Positions 12,225-25,453 of a stretch of DNA of 64,000 nt are shown one piece after another (position 1 is the first letter of the stretch; each line of letters starts with the position of its first letter). Origin of the DNA: Eledone cirrhosa (lineage: Eukaryota); assembly GCA_964016885.1 (NCBI GenBank), contig OZ024740.1, positions 231,322,001-231,386,000 on the forward strand, in the 5' to 3' direction. The notes beneath the pieces were generated by a model. The model was not told the origin of the DNA and made no database searches. It saw nothing but the letters and a program-made list of their open reading frames with translations. A program made the translations under genes and the position numbers.

Positions 12225-14830
12225 ATCATCATCAACATCACCGTTTTACATCCGTTCTTCCACGCTAGCATGGGTTAGACGGGTTGTCCTGTTGTGGGCA
12301 GTGCCTGGTCGGCTGACCTTGTCTTGCTCATACGGGAACTGATTCTGGCTTGATTTCTAGAGCTGGATGCCCTTCCTAACACCAACCTCATTTACAGTGA
12401 GTGCTGGATGCTTTTTTCCTGTGGCGCCTACACGTCCACTTTACAGTGTGTGCTGGGTGCTTTTTTGCTGTGGCACCTCCACGACCACTTTGCAGTGGCA
12501 GGGTGTGGGGGCATATTGTCTATATGCTTCAGCTTTGGCTTGTACCCGTGGAGGGTCGGGTCTTCTGTATTACTGCGTGACGCCAGAGGTCACGCTTTCT
12601 CGAGATTGACGAATGCCAGGTAGAGTGGCTTACTTTTAGCTAGGTAATTTTCCTGTAACTGCCTCACAAGGAAGAGGGCATCAGTGGTGCCTCTTCCTGG
12701 CACAAACCCAAATTGCATCTCATCTAGTTTCACCCGGTCCCTAATCAACTGTGCTATAACTCTTTCTGTTACTTTCATGACCAGGTCCATCAGCTTCATA
12801 CCTCTATAGTTTTCTCTATCTAGTGCATCACCTTTACCTTTGTAGCAGTTGACAATGATGCTACTGCACCAATCCTTTGGTATGACACCTGCTAGTATTA
12901 CCTGGTTAACAATACGTGTGGTTATGGTGTGACCTACCGACCCAGAAGCCTTCAGCATCTCAGCAGTTATACTCAATGGACCAGTTGCCTTCCCCATCTT
13001 CATATCTTTGATTGCCTTACTTACTACGCTGCTGCTGACTTGTACTGCTAGCCCCTCTATAGGTTCTACTTGGGGTAGGGTCTCTTCTTCCCATGCATTC
13101 TCCTCATTTAGTAATCTATCATAATGGCTCTTCTACGCATCTTTCTTCTCAACACTTGTGAGGGCAAGCTCCCCTTTATCATTCCAGATACACTTCTCTC
13201 CAATGACATCACAATTCTCTCTGACACATTGCCTCGCAATCTTGAACACCTCCTGTTTCTGGTCCTCACGTTGCAAAACATGCTTGAATTTTCTATCCTC
13301 TGCTTCCCTCTTAGTTAAGTATACTTGTCGCCTAGCTTCCCTCCTGGTCTCTATGTAATGTACCCTGCTTCCCCCATTCTTCCATTCTTTCCATGCCTGT
13401 CTCTTGGCCTTAACTGCCTCATCTATCTTATTGTTCCACCACCAAGTCACTTTCCTCCTGCCTGTGGTCTTATTCCAGCCACAGATCTCATCCGTCGCCT
13501 TTAGTAAGTTATTTTTTAGGATCTCCCAGTGCTCTTCTACATTGAATGTCTCTATCTGTTCTTCTTTACTGTCATAGGCATTGAGTAAAATATCTTTAAA
13601 TCTGTTACTGGCCGAGGGGTCTTTCAGCTTCCAGATCTTTCTTCTCCAGGCTGGCTTCTGTTTCCAGGTTCATCTAGTTCTGACCGTGAGGTCGCTGACA
13701 ACTAAGCTATGTTGGGAGGTACATTCCTCACTAGGGAAGGCTTTTATATTTACGACCGTCCATCTGTCACATCCTCTGATGAGGATAAAATCTATCTGAC
13801 TAGAATGCTCCCCTGATTTATAGGTGATCAGGCAGTTGTCGGGTTTTTTAAAGTTTGTGTTACATATCGACATGTCATTGGCGTCACAGAATTCTAGAAG
13901 CCTGAATCCTTCTTCATTTCTTGTGCCAACCCCATCGCCTCCATAGACTCTATAGAAGCTGTCACGGTGTTTACCTACGTGTCCGTTAAAATCTCCTGCA
14001 ATGATTGGGAAGTCATTGTCATTTGTTAGAGCAGTAGTGTGCATTAGGGACTCATAAAACCTATCCTTAAGTTTGTATGTCAACCCTGATTGGGGTGCAT
14101 AAGCTGATATTATTGTGGTAATTGTTTTATTCAGGACTAGTCTGAGTTTAATGATTCTTGCATTCACCCTGTTCACTGAGATTACCTTATCTACCCACTT
14201 GTCAGCTAGTAGGATACCTACACCACCCATGCCATCGTCATTTCCCACCCAGAAAAATTTGTAGCACTGACTTTTTCCTACAAGGACTCTAGCAGACTCT
14301 CCTCTCCATCTAGTCTCTTGCACACAGCATACATCAATTTCCTTTCGCTCTAGCATCTCTACAATTTCTCCTGCTCTTCCTTTCATTGTGCTTACATTGA
14401 TGGTACCAGCTCAGAGTTTTGGGCATTTATCAACATTCGTGGGAAAGGATCGATTTTTGCAGGGGTGTGTGTATGCTTCCTGTCTCTGAATTGAAGTTTT
14501 GCATGGGTGCTCGGTAGCTCGCGGATTCATATTCATTTTCATTTATTAATTCGGGGTTTCTCCATTTATTCTCAGCTCATCCATACATAATAGTAGGAAA
14601 ATTCAGAGCTAGAAGAACAGTGGTGGTGGTAATAATGGCAGTTTGTTGGGGCTGGGATGGGTGAGGAGAGAGGTAGGTAGTAGTAGTAATGGCAGAGTTT
14701 GTTGGGGTTGGTAATGGGTGTGGGGGGGACATCCTGAGATTTGATTGGTCGAATAGGCTATGGTGGTGTGAGATAGGTAGCCATCATGGCCTATAGCATC
14801 TCAGGGCAAAATAAACCGACACGAGTACCT
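12225..14830 (-). mobile_element. RTE LINE with 5' region, APE and RT N-half fused directly to the 3' end (internal deletion)
   Basis: 13670-14386 is APE (VQETRW, SAYAPQ, IAGDFNGH, SQIDFIL). 12590-13003 is RT up to AFVNLEKA, which joins the C-terminal DLWRHAV segment and 3'UTR. Confidence 0.92.
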
Positions 14831-15009
14831 ATATTAGACAAACTGAAATGTTAATGTTAGGATTTCAAAGGGAATAGATGACTTTGTAGAGACAGCGAAA
14901 TGATAAATACAACAACACTAATAATAATGTAAGAGAGAGGAAGGGAGTAGATGACTTCATAGAGAGACAGCATGGGAAAAGAAAATGTGGGTAAAAAATA
15001 TATATATAT

Positions 15010-15511
15010 ACTACCCAAATTACCCGCGCCTTGCTGCGTTTCACACATTTTCTTTTTGTAAGAAAATGATGATTGATTTTAAATCAGTGATATAATTTAT
15101 GGAGAAAAACTCTCCATTTCAATATTACTCAATGTAAAATGTAATGCATGAAAAATTGGAAAACATTATTTTTTGTAATATATCAAATCAAAATTACATT
15201 ATTAAATCTTATTCTTATTTTGTTTCTTGTAAAATATTTTTTTCCAAATGTCAATTCAAACCTTTTGTGAATAGGCACCATATCTTGTCATTTACCTAAG
15301 GTTTAAATTTCATATAAATCGAAGTGAAAAAACTTTCAGCGGGGGTTTTGTGCCCCTGGGGAACCTTTTGATTAAAATGAAATATACTTATCCAAGTACC
15401 CTGGGCAATGTAATTTCAGAATATATATGGTTATGGGGTCTATCTCCAAAACCATAGGAGTAGCTCGTGAACAAACAAACAAACAGACAGGAATACAACT
15501 TTATATATATT
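15010..15511 (-). mobile_element. Degenerate Helitron-like non-autonomous element
   Basis: Minus strand begins atatatataaagttgtattcctgtctgtttgtttg and ends in the GC-rich cgcagcaaggcgcggg followed by gtag (expected ctag). Confidence 0.45.
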
Positions 15512-16020
15512 TAAATGTAATCTGAGTTTTTCAAATATTAATAATTGTTTCTACTTTTGGCACAAGGCCAGCAATTACCCAGTGCATTACTGGTACTTTA
15601 TTTTATCGACCCAGTAAGGATGAAAGGCAAAGTTAACCTTTTCAAATATTAATAATAATATTCGATTTGTTTGCAATTATACAAACAGCCTCTTTTAAGC
15701 CATGAGTAGAATGAGCCCCTCATTCTTGCTCTTGTGTGGGCATGTAAACAGAACTGCAGACACTAATGTTTCTGGGTGATTACACTACATCAGTGCAGTT
15801 TACTGTTCACCTGCCAACTGTCAGAGCTAGTGAAAATATATGATATTTTCTAAAATGTACAAAGTGAAACAGTGTGAAATTTACCAGAGTGAAACAGTGC
15901 TAGTCTTGAAGAAGTCATTTCCAGCTGAAATAAATTCAGTATTTTCTCTACTCAATATATTGGGGAGTGTATTTAACTGTAGCCTCTTTTAATCATTCTA
16001 TGTGTGTGTGTGTGTGTGTG

Positions 16021-16064
<44 letters not shown>

Positions 16065-16446
16065 CACACATACATATATTGCTCTCTCTCTCTCTCTTTC
16101 TCTATATATGTGTGTGTAGATCCTGAGTTGTGTCAGAGAAACCACAGTTAAAGGTCTGTAATGCATTGGTAGAGTATAAGCATTCTTATATATATATATA
16201 TATATATATCTATATATATATACACACACACACATTCATACAAACTTACATATATGTATGTATATATATGTATTATGTGTGTGTATTTCTTCTATTTCGT
16301 GTATTATAGCATTGCAGACTTCTAACATGATAGTACATGTAAAGTTAATGTGTTTACATAATCAATTCTTTAAATTCAGTTATCTTTTGTTTTGAATGAA
16401 TAAATGGTTGAATCCTGTACTAATAAACTTCTCTCTCTCTCGCTCT

Positions 16447-16492
<46 letters not shown>

Positions 16493-17049
16493 TATACATG
16501 ATGATGATGATATATATATATACACATACATATAATGAAGAAGATAGAACTATAGCTTAAATTGATGACAAAGATATAAATGCATAGATATATATATCTT
16601 TTTCATCAATCTATAAGCTATAGTTCTATCTTGTCTATATACGTACACATACACAAATACGTACACACATATGCACATACATACATACATTCACACATAC
16701 ATGCATATATACACATATACATACCTATTTATCTACCTACATACATACATACACAATTTAAGCTCTAGCTCTAACATCTTCTGTATCAGTACAGAACCAA
16801 CATCCAGAACAGTCTGTGTATTAATTATCAAAAACAGAGTTACTCACCTTTCTTATCATTTCACAATATATCTATTCACCTGTCCTTTAAAATGGATATT
16901 TGGTTTTTAAATGAACACTTTCACACATACATAATTACAAAGCAGGGGAAAAACTTTCAAAATATCTAAGAAATTCTCTGATATTAAATATTCCATTGCT
17001 TAATATATCAAAGAATTGATACTTCCCCTCAACAGATGTATGTATGTGT

Positions 17050-18436
17050 TATCTCTTTCTCTTAATTTCGAGTATATTTTTTTGACTGGCCACCTTCCTG
17101 GTGGCAAGGTTGTAAAAGAAAAGAAATTGTCATCCCTTGAATCACAAGAATGTCTTGCAAATTTTGAAGGTGCCAGCTATCGCAGCCATTTGTAGACTAT
17201 GAATTAGGGAGCTGCGCTTTTTGTCCGCAAATCCAAGTTCAGTCATACTTTGGTCCAAGTGGGTTGGTATATAACCCGTAGCTTCAATAATGATGGGTAT
17301 GAAGCTAAAGGTGTATCTTGGATACTGGATTTGTAAACTTCTCATCAATGGTCCGTAGATGTCCTCCTTCTCCTGTATTTTTTCTGACAACGTTTAAATC
17401 AAGTGGGCAGCTGATCTCCACAACAGAACACGTTTTCAATGTGTGGTCCCAAACAACAATATCAGACCGGTTGTGCTTTAATTTGGTGCCAGTTTTTATT
17501 TTCAGGTTCCACCAGTATTCCTTAGTGCCATCTGTCTCAATATATTCTTGCTCGTTTGTTGTTAATTTTGTTTTCCGAAGTGCATTCCAGATGGTTCTAA
17601 CTATCCCATCGTGTCTCATGGGAGGTAGTAGCGAGATGACATTCTTTCGCAGCTGGCAACAATGTGTCTTACACCTCGATCTTTGTTTTACATAGCCTAC
17701 ATTTATTGTCAGCTGCTGGCCCTCCCCTTTTGTGCAGCAGATATTTAGTAGGGAGTTCTTGTTCCTGTATTGCATAGAGATATCCCTCAAGGTGTGATGT
17801 CATAAACTTGTCGGAACTCCATGCCAGGCTTTTTGAGTGGTTTATCCCCTCTATGGTCTGTGTTTTACGTCTCAAGTATCCATGCACAACCTTTTCTGTA
17901 AATTGGTCAATTTTTTCATCTTGTTTGAACATTGAATAGGATCTTCCGATTTCTCTGGGTGAGAGATTTATATCAGGCTTTATTCCATATCTCTCCTCCA
18001 GATCAGTCGTTATCCTAATGATATTTTTTTTTTTCATGCTCATAAACCTGGGCAAGATGGTTGCCAACCCTTTTCCTCTGTTGAAGGTGTTGCTTCAGTG
18101 TTACTATCCGGGTCTCATATGTTGTTAATATGGATTTTAGACCCCAGCCACCTTCCTTGCGTGAGAAGTATAGCCTATCCACATCACCATTGATGTTAAA
18201 GTTCCCAGTAACACTGAGAAGTTTGCGAGTTCTAACATCCATCTCACTTAGTTCTTGCAAGCCAAATGTTGGCGTTAGAATTGGCACAGCAAAAGTATTG
18301 TGGGCAATGTATTTGTTGTATGCTGACAGTTCTGATGACCATATTTTCTTTACTCTTCTGAGGTATTCAGTTCTGGTTCTCTCCTTATTTATGGGTCCAT
18401 CATATCTGACATTCTCATCTGTCCAAGATATCTGTA
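17050..18436 (-). mobile_element. R4/Dong-like non-LTR retrotransposon, 5'-truncated and frameshifted (RT end, CCHC finger, restriction-like endonuclease)
   Basis: Motifs YRYLG, RLYFSRKEGGWGL, AIQEQEL, CRLCK, RHDGIV and KHNRSDIVVWD...VVEISCP (PD-(D/E)xK type). Confidence 0.85.
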
Positions 18437-18439
18437 GTG

Positions 18440-18478
<39 letters not shown>

Positions 18479-18569
18479 ATGTATGTATGTATGTATGTAT
18501 GTATGTATGTATGTATTTATGTATATATATATGTATGTATATATGTATGTATATATGTATGTATATGTC

Positions 18570-19177
18570 AGATCACCAGCTGGTGCTACTGGTAATATGT
18601 ATCCCAGTACAACCTGTCTCATGGTCGGGTCGTTGGCGACTAAACTGGCAGCTCCACCAAGGTTTCTTGGTGAGGAGCGTGACTTTGGACATCCTGCAGG
18701 ACTAAAAACAAAACCTGTCAAAGGGCAAAGGAGCTCTTAAGAGTCAATGGCCATCCAAAATCACCGGGAGAGATGACCCCTTAGCCTTTGTCAAGGCAGA
18801 ATTCTAGGAGAAGGAAAACTCTGATATAACACCTGCAACCCTGATGGTATCCAATGATGTTGACTTGTTCTTCTTTTTGGTAAATATCATCTTGGTTAAG
18901 AGAGTGGGACTGGCTTTGTGCAGTGCCTTTGCTCACTCTAAAAGCTTCACGGCACAGGCATTGCTTTATATCTGGAGATCTCTCTGCACTTGTCGTCACA
19001 TGGTACCATGGGCCCAGCACTATGTGTCAATAATTGTCACAAGTGTAGTGTTTGTACCAGAGTTTTCAAGTCGCTGGCTGGACTAAAAAGTCACACTCGT
19101 TCAGTGCATCGGTAGGAGTTCTCCTACATGAATATAAAGTAGTGGCCGTACTCGAAAACGAGTTGGCAGCCACCATG
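18570..19177 (+). mobile_element. About 590-bp non-coding retroposon, copy 2
   Basis: Inverted near-identical partner of 11371-11960 with the same 3' terminus gttggcagccaccat, followed by (GTAT)n. Confidence 0.75.
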
Positions 19178-19351
19178 TATGTATGCATGTATGCATGCAT
19201 GCATGCGTGTGTGTGTGTGTGTGTTATGCATGTGTGTTTGTGTTCATATATACATATGTATGTCATATATATATATATAAGTTTATCTCAGGTTCAATCA
19301 GTAAGTAAGATACTTACTACATAGCAGAGTATAAATATTTGATATAGAAAT

Positions 19352-19400
19352 GGCTTCTACAGCACTAGAACTGTTTCATTCAGGAGAAATCACCAGGGCC
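19352..19400 (-). ncRNA. Degenerate hammerhead-like motif
   Basis: CUGGUGA-uuucuccugaau-GAAACAG-uucuagug-CUGUA^gaagcc. Core A6 is G and helix I is weak. The same 3' half recurs at 46776-46848. Confidence 0.4.
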
Positions 19401-19575
19401 CCGATGGCTGAGCTCTGGCAGTTTCAACATCTAGATCTGAACTGTTTGGATCAGCCGCCGAGGTCCTGAATCTTTTCATATTACCCACTCTACTAGCCCA
19501 AGTATCGAGTACTCTGGTGGGTTATGGTCCACCTGATATCTTACAACACCCTCTTTAATATATATATATATATAC

Positions 19576-19609
<34 letters not shown>

Positions 19610-21600
19610 ACACACACACATATATATATATACACACACACTTCCACAGGCACACATGTGCATATATATTATTTATTAGTCAGACAGTTTATTTTTCCTA
19701 AAAACCATCATAGAACCATTGATATCTATTTTACATTTTATTCTCTTGAATTTCATTTCCAAATTTTTATGCTAAAGATTTTCTAATTTGTATTTAGTGT
19801 TAAACTGCAGCTTTTTCATCAAAGAAATTCTATTTAGTTTTTAACTTCAGTTTGTCTCATCAAAGAGGACAGTTTTATAAATTCCCTCTTCAAAAAAAGC
19901 AGCCTGCCATTTGAAGTGATGTCTTTATCCAGCACCACTTTATCACTTTTATCTTTATTCCAGTTACAATAAGCAGATATATTTGAGTTTTTTTAGTTTT
20001 TTCATGATACACTATTAGACACTACATTACTTCTTTACTTCTTTACCCCTCCCCCTCCAACTTTTTTTTTATCACTGGCCTCAATTGATAAGAATATATC
20101 TATTTTTCTAATTTTTATATATTTCCCCCAGTTTTTTATTCATTTATTTATATTTTCCCTCATTATTTATTTATTTATTTATTTTCCCATTTTTTATTTA
20201 TTGTATATTTTGTTGGGGGTTTTCATGATTCTCCCTTCTCAGTGGGGAAAGTTCAACAAAGTTGAATATTTGCATGAGTTTACTAGAGCATAAGATTTTA
20301 TGGTTGGATGATCTTAATTCTAATTATCCAGCCATGAACAAGTGGGAGTGCTTCTCTATTAAAATTGCTGAAATAGCAACAATAACAATAACAATAACAA
20401 CAATAATAATAGTTTCTGATTTAGGCACAAGGCCAACTAATAATAATAATTGTTTCTAATGATAATAAAACAATGGCGTACATAATATCAATCTCTATTA
20501 ATGTTGCTTAAATAACAATAACAATATCAACAAGAACAACAATAATGCAATGGTATACATAATATCAATGATAAGAGTTCAGCTGATGAGTTTCCAGGCA
20601 ATAGACTATCATCTAACAACCCTAAACCTCCAACTGATTAAATCAGTAGAGAAATGTTAGTGATTGTATTGTAATTTTTAAGAAATACCAATGTTAGAAT
20701 TTGTATTTATCATCTATTTACATATCGTATATGTTTTCAGAGGTGTTTTCTTCTGATACTCTAAACTAATCATTTTATTGCAGACAACCAGGAATACATT
20801 AATGCATAACTTGCTACTGTTTATCAGCTGTGATTGAATATATATCTATCTTTTCTGTATTTTTTTAGTAAACTTGATCAGTTACCCAGTTTAAAATACT
20901 GTTACCTTGCCTTGCTGCCTTTAGTAGAGTCAACTCTATTACAATGTCTCCAGTTTGTCTGTTTATCAGCTGTGATTTAATATATATCTATCTTCTCCAT
21001 ATTTACTTAACCCGTTAGTTACCAACCCGGCCAAAACTGGCTCTATTCTATGAAATAAAACCTCCCATTTTAAAGGTTTCCAATTAAAATTAAAATTTTT
21101 CAACATAATTTTATGTAAGAATCTTACATTAAGTTACTACTTTAGTAATGAAATAAGTAGTAATTTTCATAAATTCCTAAAAAATTCTTCATTATTTAAT
21201 TGAAATAGAGTGTATTTCTTTAGAAATATGGCGATGAAAATGTTAATCAGTCACTCAGTTTAAAATAATGTTACCTGGCTTAGCTCTTGAGTGTCATTAG
21301 CAGAGTCAACCCAGTTGCAAGATCTCCAGTTGAAAGATATATCCATCCTTCCTTCTCAACAGACTCAGTATTCCTGAAAACATCCTTCCTTTTTTGACTA
21401 AATAGTAAAAAAAAAAAAAAAAAAAAAAAATACATAGGCATAGTTGTGTGGTTGAGGAGTTTGCTTTTGTAATTATGTGGTTTGGGATTCAGTCCCACTG
21501 TGTGGGACCTTGAGCAAGTATCCTTTACTATAACCTCAGGTTGACCAACACCTGAATAGAATTTGGTAGATAGAAATTATAGAAGTCTGTTGTATATATA

Positions 21601-22985
21601 TCATCTTCATCGTTAAACATCCATTTTTCTATGCTTGCATGGGTTAGACGAGTTGTCATGTTATGAGACAAGTCAGGTCCAGAGATGAGATCTTGCTCAT
21701 ACAAATCTGTACTTTGGCTTGGTTTCTACAGCTGGATGCTCTTCCGAACACTGACCACATTACAGTGTAGACTGGGTGCTTCTTATTGTGGAACCAAAAC
21801 AACTACATTACAGTGTAGACTGGGTGCTTCTTATTGTGGCACCAAAACAACTACATTACAATGTAGACTGGGTGCTTCTTATTGTGGCACCAAAACAACT
21901 ATATTACAGTGTAGACAAGCTGCTTCTTATTGTGGAACCAAAACAACTACATTACAGTGTAGACTGGGTGCTTCTTATTGTGGAACCGAAATAACTACAT
22001 TACAGTGTAGACTGGGTGCTTCTTATTGTGGCACCAAAACAACTACATTACAATGTAGACTGGGTGCTTCTTATTGTGGCACCAAAACAACTATATTACA
22101 GTGTAGACAAGCTGCTTCTTATTGTGGAACCAAAACAACTACATTACAGTGTAGACTGGGTGCTTCTTATTGTGGAACCAAAACAACTACATTACAGTGT
22201 AGACTGGGTGCTTCTTATTGTGGCACCAAAACAACTACATTACAATGTAGACTGGGTGCTTCTTATTGTGGCACCAAAACAACTACATTACAGTGTAGAC
22301 TGGGTGCTTTTTATTGTGGAACCGAAATAACTACATTACAGTGTAGACTGGGTGCTTCTTATTGTGGAACCGAAATAACTACATTACAATGTAGACTGGG
22401 TGCTTCTTATTGTGGAACCGAAATAACTACATTACAGTGTAGACAAGCTGCTTCTTATTGTGGCACCAAAACAACTGGTAAGCAAGTTTGACATCAATTA
22501 GGTCCTTGAGATATTTATCAGATATGAGTGGCGTATTAAGGTTGGGGGTGGGGTGGAGAGGGGATTGCTACAGGCTAGTGTGCCCTCTCCATATTTGTTT
22601 CATTTTGTTTTGTGCTCATGGTGGGTGGGTGGGGAGGTGTTCTGCAGTATAGCATGATGTGAGATATCTCAATCCTGTGTCATCTCATTTGTAAGGTTTA
22701 AATGGTCAAGGTCAGCTTTTATCCCCTCATCCCAAGTTTTCTGAGGTCTTCCTCTTCTATAGTTACCATCAACTTAGAGTGCCTTGTACCATTTTATACA
22801 TCTGTCATCCTCCATACGCATCACATATCCAAACCACTGCAATCTCCTCTCTTGTACACTGCACCTCACTCCTTTTATGCCCAGTTTCTCTCTCAGTTCA
22901 CTGAGGCTTTGTTGTTCATGCACTCCACTATTGGAGCATGTAAGCCATTGGAGCATGTAAGCTTCATTTCTTTGTTGTGTTCAGA
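21601..22985 (-). mobile_element. RTE 3' fragment whose 3'UTR contains an expanded minisatellite
   Basis: 22774-22956 encodes ERRLQWFGYVMRMEDD; the RTE 3' terminus lies at 21601-21750. Confidence 0.8.
21754..22476. repeat. 15 x 48-bp minisatellite
   Basis: Unit acattacagtgtagactgggtgcttcttattgtgg(a/c)accaaaacaact, translating as TTTLQCRLGASYCGTK. Confidence 0.95.
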
Positions 22986-24186
22986 CCTGGAGAGGAGATG
23001 GGCTCTATTAAGCTTATAATTCCTCAGAAATACTGTATGCCACTACGGTGCCCCTACAACTCCATCATAAGTTATAAGGGTGGATCATATCATACCACCA
23101 GTCAGCCCTTTGCTTTGTTGTTTTCAATAAAGGTAATAATAGTTTCTTGATCTGTTTTCACCCTGTCTTTATTCCGGCTACTTTGCTTTTGCCACAGCCA
23201 CTTTCACTACTCATTACAGCACCTCACCTCCTTGTTAATAGAAGCTATTAATTAGTTCTAACAAGCCCTTAGGGCAATTGAAAGAAATTATTTTGATTTT
23301 ACTTCTTTTCTTTGTCCCGTCTGTTGACACTGCACCAATTAAAATACTTTGTCGCAATCATTACCCTGTATTTCATCAACTCCCTACTGGTATATCATGT
23401 ATATATCATCATTTTGCATTTGCTTTTCTATGATGGCATGACTTGGGACATATCTGTCTCTCTATTCATCCATCCATCTGTCTAGCCGTCCATCTATCTA
23501 TCTATCCATCTGTCTAGCCATCTATCTATCGATCTGTATGTATGTGCGTATGTCAATTGTTAAGATTTTTATGCAAATCAATATTAACCATTATGCAAAC
23601 ATTATGCAAAAGAAAAAAATGTGATAATATCTGAGAGGATTTGATCTGTGCACTACATGCTGACTGAACAATTATACTAATCGTTACACTTCCATATTGC
23701 TTATACACTGGAAGTTTGTATTATATGTCCATGAGTCATCTTTAATGTACCTGGTAACTCCAACTTCATAGACCAATTCATATCCTTTCTAATGTCATAC
23801 ACAATGGGATATTACATTGTATGGTATGGTATAGTATAGACCCATAACTCCTGAAGGAGTTGTAGGGAGACCGCATTGACATACAGTGGGCATTAAAAAA
23901 TAAAACCTTGCGGAGCTCATCTCCTCTCCAGGTTTGAATACTGCAGATTTCTTTCAGAGAAAGATCATGAGTGAGAGAATGGAAATGAGAAAGAGATATA
24001 GCGGAAGAATCCACCCCAGTATTAGACTGGTACTTTTTTTTTATTGAACTTGATTGGATGAAAAGCAAAGTTGACCTTAGTGGGATTTTAACTGAGAAAG
24101 CAGAGTTGAAACAAATACCACAAAGCATTCTATCTGACGTTCTAATGACTCTGCCAATTCGGTGCATATTCCATTGTAGAGAATTG

Positions 24187-24395
24187 GCAGCAGTCTAATG
24201 ACTGAAATGGGGTTGATATGATCAATTTTAAGGCAGTGCCCCAGCATAGCAGCAGTCTAATGACTGAAATGGGGTTGATATGACCATCTTTAAGGCAGTG
24301 CCTCAGTATGGAAGCAGTCTAATGACTGGAATGGAGTTGATATGACAAACTTTAAGGCAGTGCCCCAGCATGGCAACAGTCTAATGACTGAAACA
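24187..24395. repeat. About 60-bp tandem repeat x3.5 from a SINE 3' end
   Basis: gcagtctaatgactgaaatggggttgatatga...taaggcagtgccccagcat recurs. Confidence 0.85.
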
Positions 24396-25175
24396 AGTCA
24401 TAGTACAGCAAGTAGAAGAAAGATTTATTGAAAGCAAACAGAAATTGTCTGCAGGTTATTATTAAAGTGATAGTGTGAATGTTAAAGTTTTCCCAACCCA
24501 AGCAATAAAGAATATGTGAAAAATATGAGACTGATAAATTGGGTGAATTTATTGATGTCAACAGGTTATTAAATTGCAGACTTTCCAACCAGGTAACAAT
24601 TTTATGGAACTTGTAATTTTTATCAGACTAAACCTGTTTGACATTTGCAGTTTAACATATTACTTCACATTACAAAGGCATATTACTTGTAGTTATGAAA
24701 GAGTGGAAATAATATTTATGGTGTTTATAACATTTACATTAGCTCCAAAAGTGAATTGAAAAGAGTTTTACTGTGAAAATCAAAAGTAAGTTATAGATGT
24801 GATTTACTGAGTGTCTATGTTTTAACTTTCTAGCATTTACTTCTACTTGCTGAGTGATGGCGTAACTGTATGGTGAAGGGGTTTGTGCAAATGGCTTTGT
24901 GTGTTCTAGTTTAAATTTAGTTTAACCAATACCTTGTAAGTGGAATTTGGTAGACAAAAACTATATGGAAGGCTGTCACATTATATATATATATATATAA
25001 AATATATATATATATAAGATAACAAGATATCATTTAAGGTAATCCAGCTAGAGATTATGAGTACTCTGTATCGAGGATAGTTTTAACGTTCAGTGTTATT
25101 TGAGTCAGCATGAGGTTTCCTTAGTCGGGTGGCTGGTTTAAGAAAGTTCCTAGGCAGGCGGTTCTTGGAGTAATA

Positions 25176-25276
25176 ATAGTAAAAGAATGAGGAATAACAT
25201 GGTCGGCTGTACAATAGGGTTTATTTAATATACCCTATTGTACAGCCGACTATGTTATTCTTCATTCTTTTACTAT
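25176..25276. repeat. Inverted repeat with 45-bp arms and an 11-nt loop
   Basis: atagtaaaagaatgaggaataacatggtcggctgtacaatagggt / accctattgtacagccgactatgttattcttcattcttttactat. Confidence 0.9.
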
Positions 25277-25384
25277 ATATATATATGCATGTGTGTGAAA
25301 CTAATAAGACTTTTTCTACCTCTGTTTGTTGTCTCCTTGAACTATATATATGTGTATATTTACATATATATATGTTTATACCTG

Positions 25385-25416
<32 letters not shown>

Positions 25417-25453
25417 GCATATGTATATATGTATGTATATACGTGAGTGTGTG

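Noticed and set aside
18571-18650. HDV-like ribozyme at the retroposon 5' end
   Set aside because: GG-P4-CUAA-P2-like parts are present, but no P3/L3 of proper size could be built.
21754-22476. CRISPR-like regular array
   Set aside because: Units are contiguous with no unique spacers, there are no cas genes, and the unit derives from the RTE 3'UTR in a eukaryotic genome.
23255-23300. Hammerhead-like ctaacaa-gcccttagggc-aatt-gaaa
   Set aside because: Two core substitutions and no identifiable helix III or cleavage triplet.
25095-25160. Possible minus-strand hammerhead (cuagga...gaaac)
   Set aside because: The core has a deletion and there is no NUH with a paired helix I.
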